From Naegleria gruberi (taxonomy: Eukaryota), in the NCBI GenBank assembly GCA_000004985.1, contig GG738883.1: a stretch of DNA of 64,000 nt. The stretch is one strand, 5' to 3'. The position numbers and the translations under genes are program-made. Under the pieces are notes generated by a model that did not search any database, was not told the DNA's origin, and was given only the letters and a program-made list of their open reading frames with translations. Each line of letters starts with the position of its first letter. The stretch's first letter is position 1. This document shows positions 19,819 through 29,953 of this stretch, in pieces.

Positions 19819-20170
19819 TTGAATAAAATCACTCAAAATGAAACACTTTTTAAACGTGGCATTCACTGAAAGATACTCAAAACGAAACTGAATTGGGGTT
19901 AAAACAGCTTTGAAATACCATTTGCCATTGGTGTAAACAGGTTTATTCCTTATCTAATTAAGTTTTTCTGTAATTTCATGGTAAAAAAGAAGCCTCCTGT
20001 GAAGTAGAGCCAACAGTTTCTCAAAACCTTTTCCAGATATTGCTTAAATCAAAGCTTTGACATTAGAATTTGAACAAATTGTTCAAAATTAGAGACGACA
20101 CAAGAGCAAGCTTGTATTTGGGAGTTACTTTCGAAAACAATTAAGAGTTTGATGAAGGAAAAATTAACAC

Positions 20171-21502
20171 TTAAATGAAAATACTATCATGGAATATTTT
20201 GATTAAACGATTAGCAACCTCATCACAAATGTTATTTCCAGAAATATCAAAACTGGTCAATTGTTTCAAATCACTAAAATAAAGAGCTCCTTCATCACTA
20301 ATACTATTGCAATTAATATCAAGATTGGTCAACCATTTCATATCGCCTATGTGTCTAGCTCCTTCATCTCCAAGATTATTTCTATGAATGGAGAGATGAG
20401 CTAGTTTATCCAATCCACTAACATATTGAGATCCTTGTTGACCAATATTATTAATAGAAATATCAAGAAAAGTTAATAATTTCAATTCTCTTATAAATTT
20501 AACTCCAATAGCACTAATACTATTAGAAGAGATACTAAGTTTGGTCAATTTTGTCAAACCACTTAGATAAGTGGCTCCTTCATCACCAATTCTACAACTA
20601 TTAATGTTAAGTTTGGTCAACTGTTTCATTTCACCTATATATTTTGCTCCTCCAGGACCAAAAGAAATACCAAATATATCAAGATCGGTCACTTGTGGCA
20701 GTTCATTTATAAATTTTACTCCTTCTTCATGAATTCCATTCTTAGCAATAGCTAAACTTGTTAAGTGTTTTAATTTACCAACATGAAATGCTCCTTTATC
20801 ACCAATATTAATGTTATTAACATTTAAACTGGTCAATTGTTTCATTTTAATGATATCTTCAAATGCAATATTTCCAATATCATTTCCGTTAATATTAAGA
20901 CTAGTCAACTTCCTCATATTGGTAATATATTTGAGACAATTCATACCAAATCTATTTTTACTTATAACAAGATTTGTTAATTGTTCCAATTTACTTATAT
21001 GCATAACTCCATAATTACCAATACTATTATCAGAAACATTAAGATAAGTCAACTGTTTCAATTTACTTATTGGTTCCACTATTGAATCAGTTATCAAACT
21101 CTTAGATATGTCAAGACTAATCAATTGATCCAATGAAATTAAATATTTAGACATTTCTACAAAATTAATTTTTGAAATTCGAAGATCAGTTAATGATTTC
21201 ATCATGATCAACTTGTTGTAAGTTTCAGAGTTTCCCCATCTAGTCATCGTCAGAGTTTTAATATTTTGTAAAAATTGACCAGCTATTCTGTCCATTCTTG
21301 CACCTTTACATTTCAAGTAAAGATGATGACATGTCGATAACACCACATTGAACCACTGTTTTGAAACCAATGAACAATTCATGACAATAAATTTAAAATC
21401 ATCATGAAAGGATAAAATTTCATAAATTACATCATCAGGAAATGTTTCTACTACTGGGAGTTGTTGAGACATTTTTATTCCTTTGATGAAAAACACTTCC
21501 AA
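20171..21502 (-). CDS. F-box / leucine-rich-repeat protein (RNI-type LRRs)
   Basis: N-terminal F-box FPDDVIYEILSFHDDFKFIVMNCSLVSKQWFNVV. This is followed by ~14 regular 24-25-residue repeats of the form LTxLxIxxNxIGDxGAxxIxxLKQ. Single ORF with ATG. Confidence 0.7.
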   Translation of the reverse strand: MEVFFIKGIKMSQQLPVVETFPDDVIYEILSFHDDFKFIVMNCSLVSKQWFNVVLSTCHHLYLKCKGARMDRIAGQFLQNIKTLTMTRWGNSETYNKLIMMKSLTDLRISKINFVEMSKYLISLDQLISLDISKSLITDSIVEPISKLKQLTYLNVSDNSIGNYGVMHISKLEQLTNLVISKNRFGMNCLKYITNMRKLTSLNINGNDIGNIAFEDIIKMKQLTSLNVNNINIGDKGAFHVGKLKHLTSLAIAKNGIHEEGVKFINELPQVTDLDIFGISFGPGGAKYIGEMKQLTKLNINSCRIGDEGATYLSGLTKLTKLSISSNSISAIGVKFIRELKLLTFLDISINNIGQQGSQYVSGLDKLAHLSIHRNNLGDEGARHIGDMKWLTNLDINCNSISDEGALYFSDLKQLTSFDISGNNICDEVANRLIKIFHDSIFI

Positions 21503-21851
21503 TTATCTGATAGAAAAATCTCTTCCCATGATAACATGTTGATCTTTGATGTGAGAATAATCCACAATTTTCTCAGAGCATAAATTCAGTATTATATAAT
21601 TTAAGAAAAGAGATGATTAATGGCTATTCATCATCGGAATTGATTTTGAATAAACTTAAACTGTAAATTTTTACAAAACAAAAATTCAAAACAAGCCTTC
21701 ATCACGCCTATTTGTTAGGAAACAAATTCTCTTGCTTTCTTTTGAAAAAATGTTTGTCCACCATTATCACAAGGAAAGGAATTCTAAAGTTTTATAAATT
21801 CAAAGGCTTTGTGTTGCAAAACTAATACAAGACAAAAAAATTAAAAGTAAT

Positions 21852-24312
21852 ATGCTCCCTCAGACAAATAGTGATGATGATTCGCTGATTGATGATGATC
21901 AACTTGCATCAATTTACGAAGCAATCTATCCATCAAATCAAATTAATGTAGTTGACAATAATAATAATCAAAGTGTATTAATTGATGATATAATGATTGT
22001 TGATCCTTCTTCGGAATCAACATTTAGGATCTATTTGAATGAATTTATATTTACAGAATATGAATATGTTGAAGTTACTCGTAATTATGAAAACCAAAAG
22101 GAATACAGAAAAACAAATGTCAATGCATGTGGTTGGTTGAAGAAGAATACTAAGAATTCTACTCCATACTTGGATAATAAGACGTATCAAATACCATTAG
22201 ATCCTAATGGTGACTACTTTATTGAGAAACTGTTGCTAGTACAGATTAGCCCTGGTAAGATTCCAAAGAGATACTCTCTTGAGAGAACTATTCCTGAATT
22301 TAGAGTCGATGCAAGTGGTAATCGTTATATTGGAGCAAAATTGAGGAAAATCAAAGCATTTAATGCTAATCAAGAAACTGTGAACAGAATTTTGAGGATT
22401 TCCAAACATATACAGGATAAATTGATCCAAGAATGGCCTGAGAATTTGAGAGAAGATGTATTTTTATTACCATTGGTTTCCTCCTCAACTGGATCATCAG
22501 ATATTTCACTGTTCAATGGTATTCCTTACTTGGATGTTTTGGAACAATTCTTCTCTAACAATAGTTTACTTATCCAAGATGCTGAGTTTGAGAAAAGGTT
22601 GAAAAACCCAAAAGGTTTATTAGTCAGATGTGAGCAAACATTTGAATACTCAATTTTAGGTAAGTATTTTACGCACAATTTTACCAATAGTTTCACCAGT
22701 TGGTCATTATCAAGGAAAATTGCTTGGCAGAAAACTCACCAAAGAATTGGTAAAGTGCTTCATTAGTAACCCACACTTAATAAGTGCCAAGAATGCTGAC
22801 ATTGAAATTGATCCAAGTTATGTTTCATTCCCCAGATATGGACTTGAACTTGTTGAACAATTAAGAGAGCAATTTTACATGGAGTTAGATGTATTAATCC
22901 AGATGAATCACTATCAAAAAATGTTAGATTTTTATATTATCAAATTTCCTGGTTACCGTTTTCTTAAGGATCCATTATTGATTAGGGTAGCCCATACCTT
23001 CCCTTCCTATGCACACAAAATGAATTTTGGTCGTGGTCACTATGAGAGATTAGAGTTTATGGGAGATTCTGTGGTTAATCTTACTGCTTGTGTAGAACTG
23101 ATCAAATCTTGCAGAAACGATGATTCAAAGAAGGGAGATTGGAATGCTGGATTCACTGTATTGATTGCCAACGATTCAATTACCAGAGAAGCAGAAAAGT
23201 TACAAATTTCTGAACATTTCCTCAATAGTTCTGATAAGTTTTCAAAAAAGGCACAGTCCAATGTTATTGAGTCTATCATTGGAGCATTGTACATGGCTGA
23301 AGGAATAAGAGGTGCTCGATCTTTTGCAAAGGAATTACTTATACCAACTAGCATTGACTTTAAATGTCTAAAGAAATTTTCTAGCTCCTTCCCAAGCGTT
23401 TCAAATGAGGGAGAGCAATGGAAAAGAGATGTTGAGCATATGAAGTTATTTATTGGACAAGATATTATAGAAAAATTGCAAGACATTTTGCATTATAGAT
23501 TTAGGGATGTTGGATTGATACAAGAGGCTCTAATTAGCTGCAGTTACAATAACACATTTATGGATCTAAGAAATGTACCCATGACTGAAAAGATTCAAAA
23601 ATTTTTGAAAAAGAGAAATGATAGCAAAATAGTTGGCCTTTATCATTTGTACAATAATGAACAACTCAAATTATTGGGATCAGCACTACTCAAGTTTATG
23701 GTCACTGAATTTGTTTACAAGAGATTTACAGAAGCACAGCCAAGCAAATTAACTTTGCTGGCTCACCAAATAATCTCAAAGCAAGGCAAAGTATTCTCAG
23801 CTATCCATGAAAAGTTTAGATTTGATCAATTCTTAATGAAGACTGATATCGACGCTGATTATTCAGAAATTCAGCAATCCTATGACTGTTTTACTGCCCT
23901 TTTGGGAGCTATTTTCATGGATCAAGATTGTTTATTTTATAAGTTTGAATTTGCAACAATTTCTAACACCTATACAGAAGAGCTTGCCAATTCTACTGAT
24001 CCTTGCTCATCTTATTTCCTCAAAAGACATGATGTTACTCCTGACAAGTTCTTCTATTCATTCTTGTTCCCTTATATCGAACAGTTTGAGTTGAGCCCTT
24101 ATACCATTGAGCCTCCAAAGAAGCACACACTTCAACATTTGATCCAAGTCAACCACAAAAGCGTTCCATCTTATGTAAAGAATCAGGACGTATCCCAAGA
24201 GTTTTGTGTTACTATTATGGTAAATGGACAAGAGTTCAGTAAGGGTGTTTCTTCTAAATCTTTTGCAGAAGCAGAAGAACAAGCAATAGAAATGGGCTTG
24301 AAAATGTTTTAG
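21852..24312 (+). CDS. Dicer-like RNase III protein: unknown N-terminal region, two RNase III domains (first with intact signature, second degenerate) and a C-terminal dsRNA-binding domain. Two exons 21852-22659 and 22715-24312, joined by a 55-nt intron 22660-22714
   Basis: GTAAGT at 22660 and AG at 22713-14 join ...CEQTFEYSIL-G-KLLGRKLTKELVKCF in frame; the track start 22720 is a TTG. RNase III signature HYERLEFMGDSVVNL. Second domain NEQLKLLGSALLKFMVTEF, where E becomes K and the GD becomes GS. C-terminal dsRBD LQHLIQVNHKSVPSYVKNQDVSQEFCVTIMVNGQEFSKGVSSKSFAEAEEQAIEMGLKMF. The stop is 30 bp from the stop of the convergent hydrolase gene. Confidence 0.7.
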
Positions 24313-24342
24313 TGTAATTAAAATTGTTTTACTATTGATCCC

Positions 24343-25396
24343 TTAATTTGATGTTTCTGTTACTACACTTGGCTTTTCTACTAAAGATCCTTCACTGGCT
24401 AATTGTTCTTCATTCCTGTCCAAAATAAATTTCTTAATCTCGTACATCATATCTTCAAAATAGAGACTTTCACAATTATTATGTCCAGCATCTGGTAATG
24501 AAACAAATCTCGAGCATGATTTTTCATTTGGATTCAATTTTGATGATGCAATCTTATACAGAGTGTATCCATGTTCATAAGGAACAACCACATCCTTTCT
24601 GCCATGGAATATAAGAATAGGAATATTCTTCAAGAATGAGTAGTTACAAATCGATGCCATCTTTTCCTCATTTTTCATCATGTCAGCTATGTAAGTTAGT
24701 GAAATATTAAAATATTAAATTACGTACAAATGAAAAAGTCTGGTACTGTAAATGCATTAAATTTCGTCTTTACAGCACTTAATAATGGAGATTGTAAAAC
24801 CATACCCTTGATTTTAATTCTCTTTTCTACACATTCCTTGAATAAATCAGTGGTTGGTCCTGAACCAATCGATCGTCCATAAATAATTATTTCCTCTGTA
24901 GGAACTATCTTACAATCCGTTAAGAATTTAAATGCTAATCTAATATCTATTGAATATTAAAATTTCCGATATTATCACAAAACTCACCTGAAAAGAAATG
25001 TTTTTCAGTTGGTGTATTATTTGAACATCCATATCCTTGATAATCATAAGCAATTGTATTACATTTTAAATATCTGCTCAGATAAATCATCCACTTCTTT
25101 AACTGTCCAATATCTTCTGCATTTCCGTGAGAATACAGTATTGTTGTTTTGGCACCAGGATAAACACAATGAAAAGCACTTAATCTTTGTGATTCCTCTT
25201 TAGAGTCGTTTAAAAAGTTATCAAACGGATCAAAGTCTTTTATACAGTCAGGAGTTATATAGAATGTTGATTTCAAGTCTTCATTTACAACATTTGTACA
25301 TTCACTATCAGGAGGTAAATAGGAGGCAGGATTAGGTGGTCTAAAAACAATATAATCAATCGGAATCATGATCAATTTAAATTTAAATATATTCAA
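24343..25396 (-). CDS. Alpha/beta-hydrolase, ABHD17/ABHD12-13-like serine hydrolase. Three exons 25396-24988, 24946-24728, 24686-24343 (minus strand); introns 24947-24987 (GTGAGT...AG, 41 nt) and 24687-24727 (GTACGT...AG, 41 nt)
   Basis: Exon 1 ...LYSHGNAEDIGQLKKWMIYLSRYLKCNTIAYDYQGYGCSNNTPTEKHFFS. Exon 2 DIRLAFKFLTDCKIVPTEEIIIYGRSIGSGPTTDLF...MVLQSPLLSAVKTKFNAFTVPDFFI, containing the GxSxG nucleophile elbow GRSIGSG. Exon 3 ...ILIFHGRKDVVVPYEHGYTLYKIASSKLNPNEK...LPDAGHNNCES, containing the Asp and His regions. Both splice junctions keep the frame and both introns begin with GT and end with AG. Confidence 0.7.
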
Positions 25397-26142
25397 TGAT
25401 GATGAATAGGAAACACAATCTTTCTATTACTACTAAATATTCAACAATAAAACAAATTATAAAAAACAAATTGTCTCCTCTATCTGCAATTATCTAATTG
25501 TCTCGATCGCTGGTAAAAAGTAAGCTAGGTTACGATGTATTTTTTGTTCCACTTCACGCAATGTTCCTACAAGTCCAATTCATCATCAACAGCCTTTGAT
25601 GACGCTAATGACGAAAAGCTGGAAGGTGTTTGGATCAAGAAAATGGAATTAAATTCGATGTACTCCTCGGAGGTAAAATTAAGTCGGGTTTGTGAGTGTG
25701 ACATTGTAAGCGTAGGATTGATCAATTCCTTCTTTTATGGACTAAGGATATTCATGTCTTTTCAATAAGTAATAATGTATCTCTTCTTTCCTTGGAAAAC
25801 AATGTAACATCTATCAAAAAAATCTGTGATATGAAAACCTACAGTAGACTATTTACCCCAACCCGATACAACAAAGATTGTTGTAATTAATCTTTGGAAA
25901 TACAGAAGTGTATCTGGTTTACAGAATTGTTGGCAGTGTTCCTCTCCAATTTGAATACTCTACAGAAGATATTGATTTCTTGATCCTTATTTGTTGATTT
26001 TTATAAGTTGGAATATTGTCTCTTATATCCTTCGTAAATATTGTGGAACTCGTGAATCCACAGAGTATCTTTGGAGGTGTTCAATGCAAACGATCCAACA
26101 TATTATTTCTGTCAAATCAAATAACCATTTGAATAGGAGAAT

Positions 26143-27018
26143 TTAAAGCAAAATCTCATTATCACCGATTGTTAGCAACAATTCTTTAGCTTTAGGATGA
26201 CTGTAATCTATAGCAAGAGAACAAAAGAATCTAGCTCTATCAAATTGATCATTTGATTTGTTTAAACAACAGGCTGCATTATAGCAACAAGTGCCTAGAA
26301 ATACGCTGTCTTCTGAGTGAACAAATTTTCCCATTAAGTAACAGAAAATGAAGGCCTCAGCTGCCAATTCATAGTTTTTGTTTCTAAACAAACCAATTGC
26401 AACATCCTGTTGAGCCATAATTCTTGTTCTTAATTGATCTCCTTGTTCAGAATTGGAAAATTCAGAAAGCCATTGGTTGTTTGGGGAACAGAGAAGACAA
26501 AGTACTTTCCCTGGTTCCAGTTCATATATGATAGAGTTTGAGGCAAGCTGGAAAGGTCTGAAGGAATTGACTCTAATAAGATTCATAAAATCAAGTAACA
26601 GAAACCTGCCAATAACTATATCATCTTCTTCAAAATGGTTAGCCGCCACAATATTTGAAGAAGCTCCACTAATATCTAATGAAGGAATGTTAACACTGCA
26701 CAATCCCATTTTCTCAACATTTGATCCTTCATGGAAACTCATGAATAATCCAACTTCGCCGAACATTTTGGAGAATGTGGCTGGAGATACAGCAATACCA
26801 GAGTCACAACCAGTGTCCAACACAACATTTCGAAACTCAAATTGTTTGCCATTCGCAATTATAATAATCTTATTAATCGTATCTTTTCTGTCTTCGCTTG
26901 ATGAAGACATCATTCTAACTTTCGGAATACAATCTGGTGTAACTGAGGTTTTGATTGTCACAGGCTTTATGGTTTTCTTTGGACCCAAAAGATTTTCAAC
27001 CTTAACACGAATCACCAT
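26143..27018 (-). CDS. Retropepsin-like aspartyl-protease-domain protein with C-terminal TPR-like helices
   Basis: Single ORF. D-T-G active-site-like motif in hydrophobic context (FRNVVLDTGCDSGIAVSP). C-terminal Cys/Ala-rich helical repeats (AAEAFIFCYLMG...GTCCYNAACCLNKSNDQFDRARFFCSLAIDYSHPKAKELL). Family assignment tentative. Confidence 0.45.
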   Translation of the reverse strand: MVIRVKVENLLGPKKTIKPVTIKTSVTPDCIPKVRMMSSSSEDRKDTINKIIIIANGKQFEFRNVVLDTGCDSGIAVSPATFSKMFGEVGLFMSFHEGSNVEKMGLCSVNIPSLDISGASSNIVAANHFEEDDIVIGRFLLLDFMNLIRVNSFRPFQLASNSIIYELEPGKVLCLLCSPNNQWLSEFSNSEQGDQLRTRIMAQQDVAIGLFRNKNYELAAEAFIFCYLMGKFVHSEDSVFLGTCCYNAACCLNKSNDQFDRARFFCSLAIDYSHPKAKELLLTIGDNEILL

Positions 27019-27124
27019 TTTTTTTAACTTTTAATTTTACCTCTGTAGATGATATTCGAATGGTTTATAGTGATGTAACTAGAAGTATGGAAACAATGAA
27101 ATAAAAATCAATGGGATATTGTCT

Positions 27125-29692
27125 TTACCAATAGTCACCACAAGTACATTTTCCATCCTTAAAATGGTGGAACCGTGAGGCATCACGAATTATTATTTCA
27201 CAATTTCTAACTGCTGACAACAATTTAGTGGCATTATGGCAATCTCCACAAACCCTCAAGTTCGTTGTTAAATGAATTGTTGATGTATTTGGCTGTTTGT
27301 TGAAAGCATATGCCATGGCTATCTTTTCAGAATGTTTGTATAGTAAATCCAGTTTTTCTGCATCAGTGTCAACATTTTTAATCACCCAGCTTAGGTCTGG
27401 TTGATAACCTGCCTTAATGAGATCAGCTACCATTTTTTTTAGTTCTTTCTCTATCATCTTTATCTCTGGATGCTCCTTTTCTTCACAAACAAAAGAATGC
27501 ATTTTCCCTTCGATACAAACTTGCGTCATACTTGGTAACTTTTTAAATCCACCAAATTCCATCAACTCTTTAACCCTTTTGGCGTCTTCGTACATGTCTT
27601 GAGAAGCATAAATGTTAGCCATTAAAATGAAGTGAGATGATTCCACTTCATTTCGTTCAATAAGCATATTGAAAAGTTTCTCTGCTAAGGTGACATTGTT
27701 GAATTTTCTACAGACCCCAAATAAAGTGGACACAGTAACAACGTCAGGACTGATACAAGACCCTAGCAATTTCTCAGCCTCTTTAATATTACCTTTTCTT
27801 GCCAATGCATCGATCAAACATGCCAAATGTATGTTTGATGGTTTGATTGAATATTTGGACTCCATGTGGTTGTATATTTCTTTTGCTTCGTCCACCATAC
27901 CACAATGGCCACATGCATGCAACACACATGTTAGAGTATGCTCATTTGGTTTAATATTTTCTTTGCTCATTTGGTTCAAAAGTTCAATAGCCTTCAATCC
28001 CATTCCATGTATTGCATAAGCATTTATGATACAGGTCCACGAAACAACATCTTTGTTTGGTACTGAGAGGAAAACTTCATGTGCACTTGTTAAATCTCCA
28101 CATTTTGCATACATATTAATGAGTGCATTAAACAAGTTGTGGTCTCTGATTCTTAGCTCACTAATATTTCTGTGAATTATTTTTCCAAAATCCAAATTTC
28201 CAAATTCAGAGCATACAGAAAGAAGCAAAATAAGGGTTGGTACATCTGGAACCAAGTTGTTATTGATCATATCTTCGTACAGGGAGATAGCTTCTGGCAT
28301 TTTCTTAAGATTGGCCCATAACTTTATCATACATCCATAATGTGCTGTAATTCTTGCTATCTTGAATAAGGTGTTCATATTATCGAACAAGAAACATGCT
28401 TCTTGTTCCATAGAATGATTTGCAAAAAATGTTAACATAACCGTCATGGTTACATCATTCGGTTGGGTATACTTTGGCATGATCTTGAAATAAAGTAATA
28501 ATCTTTTTGTATCTCCATTTTGGGAGCATCCCTTAAGAAATGAGTTCCATGTTATTACATCTTTGAATTCCATTTGGTTGAATATTGATTCTGCATGTTC
28601 TACTTTACCACTCTTCAAAAACGAATCCAAAAGAACATTGAAAACAAAAACAGAGGTAACGCCTTCACTAATAATAATACTTTCTATTTCTTCCAACCTA
28701 CCCTCTTCACAATACGTTGGTATGATTAGTGTCCAAGTTGTATCGTCCAGTTGTTTCGTTTTAAGCATCTTCATAAACAGTTCTATTGCTGTTTGAGTTT
28801 CCCCACATTTCGAAAACATGTTAATGAGATTATTCTGAACAGTAATACTCCTGTATAGTTCATAATTTTTCATAATTGTTTCGTGCAATTTTTTCCCATT
28901 AACTAGAGATCGAGTAATAGCACATCCTTTCAACAAAAGAATAAATGTTACTTCGTTTGGAATGAGTTCTTTCTCTTGTCTGTAAATATTCATAGCTTCC
29001 TCACTTTCTCCATTCTCAATCAATGCCTTTATCAGACAATTAAAGTGAATAATATCTGGAGAAACGCCATATTCTTTCATTGAAAAATAAATTTCTTTGG
29101 CCTTTTCGCTCATGTTTGAATTGGCAAGAGAATTCAATAGTGAAGAAAATGTTTTGGGTTCTATTGGAATCTGTTTGCTTTTGACATATTTTAACAATTC
29201 AAATATGGTGGAAATATGTCCTGTATTGCAAAATCCTCTAATAATATAATTCCATGTTGGTGGATTTACTTTCTTCTTATATTCTTCTTGTAATGAAAGC
29301 ATAATTGTTGAGAGATCATCCCATAATGAGGTACTTCTGTCACTGCTTTCGATTTTGCAATAACTTATTAATGAAATAATAACAAAATAATTTAAAAGTG
29401 ATTTCTCCTTCAATAAATAATAGGCTTTAAAAGAATCATCCAACGACAACAATCTTTTTGATATGAGTAAGTTGGCATCAAAGGAATTTGGTTTCTGGAA
29501 AAAATGTTTCGTTGCTGAATCAACTTTTCCTTCGGCTATTAAATTTCGAACCACTCGATAATCAAAAACAGGAGAGTACGTATGGAAACTATGAAATTTA
29601 TTTGTATCACTAAACTTCAGAGTTTCCATATAAGATTTCTTGCACTTAAGGTTCTTGAAAAGAAAATTTTCAGCACAAACCAGCACACGCAT
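27125..29692 (-). CDS. PLS-class pentatricopeptide-repeat protein with complete E and DYW (cytidine-deaminase-like) C-terminal domain: plant-type organellar C-to-U RNA-editing-factor architecture
   Basis: ATG at 29692-29690. Many 31-36-aa PPR-like helical repeats (e.g. WNYIIRGFCNTGHISTIFELLKYVKSKQIPIEPKTFSSLLNSLANS; SWTCIINAYAIHGMGLKAIELLNQMSKENIKPNEHTLTCVLHACGHCGMVDEAKEIY). C-terminus ...LLYKHSEKIAMAYAFNKQPNTSTIHLTTNLRVCGDCHNATKLLSAVRNCEIIIRDASRFHHFKDGKCTCGDYW-stop. This has the HSE zinc ligands, CxxCH, and the terminal CxC-DYW tripeptide. The ORF uses more CG-containing codons (cga, tcg, acg, ccg) than its neighbours. Confidence 0.85.
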   Translation of the reverse strand: MRVLVCAENFLFKNLKCKKSYMETLKFSDTNKFHSFHTYSPVFDYRVVRNLIAEGKVDSATKHFFQKPNSFDANLLISKRLLSLDDSFKAYYLLKEKSLLNYFVIISLISYCKIESSDRSTSLWDDLSTIMLSLQEEYKKKVNPPTWNYIIRGFCNTGHISTIFELLKYVKSKQIPIEPKTFSSLLNSLANSNMSEKAKEIYFSMKEYGVSPDIIHFNCLIKALIENGESEEAMNIYRQEKELIPNEVTFILLLKGCAITRSLVNGKKLHETIMKNYELYRSITVQNNLINMFSKCGETQTAIELFMKMLKTKQLDDTTWTLIIPTYCEEGRLEEIESIIISEGVTSVFVFNVLLDSFLKSGKVEHAESIFNQMEFKDVITWNSFLKGCSQNGDTKRLLLYFKIMPKYTQPNDVTMTVMLTFFANHSMEQEACFLFDNMNTLFKIARITAHYGCMIKLWANLKKMPEAISLYEDMINNNLVPDVPTLILLLSVCSEFGNLDFGKIIHRNISELRIRDHNLFNALINMYAKCGDLTSAHEVFLSVPNKDVVSWTCIINAYAIHGMGLKAIELLNQMSKENIKPNEHTLTCVLHACGHCGMVDEAKEIYNHMESKYSIKPSNIHLACLIDALARKGNIKEAEKLLGSCISPDVVTVSTLFGVCRKFNNVTLAEKLFNMLIERNEVESSHFILMANIYASQDMYEDAKRVKELMEFGGFKKLPSMTQVCIEGKMHSFVCEEKEHPEIKMIEKELKKMVADLIKAGYQPDLSWVIKNVDTDAEKLDLLYKHSEKIAMAYAFNKQPNTSTIHLTTNLRVCGDCHNATKLLSAVRNCEIIIRDASRFHHFKDGKCTCGDYW

Positions 29693-29953
29693 TTTTTTAA
29701 CAATACTCTTAAGAATAAATATACTTCATCAAAAGCTGCACCATGTGGTTTTTATATTCAATCATCAATTAATTCGGAATGTATCTTAGCTCCTTCAAGA
29801 TCAAATATCATTATAACTAATAGTTAAGGCTGGTCAATCGAGTCAATTTCTTTATGTGCCTTTTCTCTCAATAGTGTTAACAGAAATATCAAGATTGGTC
29901 AATTTACTAACGGGTTTTAATTATTAAGGCTTTTAATAAATAGAACAAAAAAA

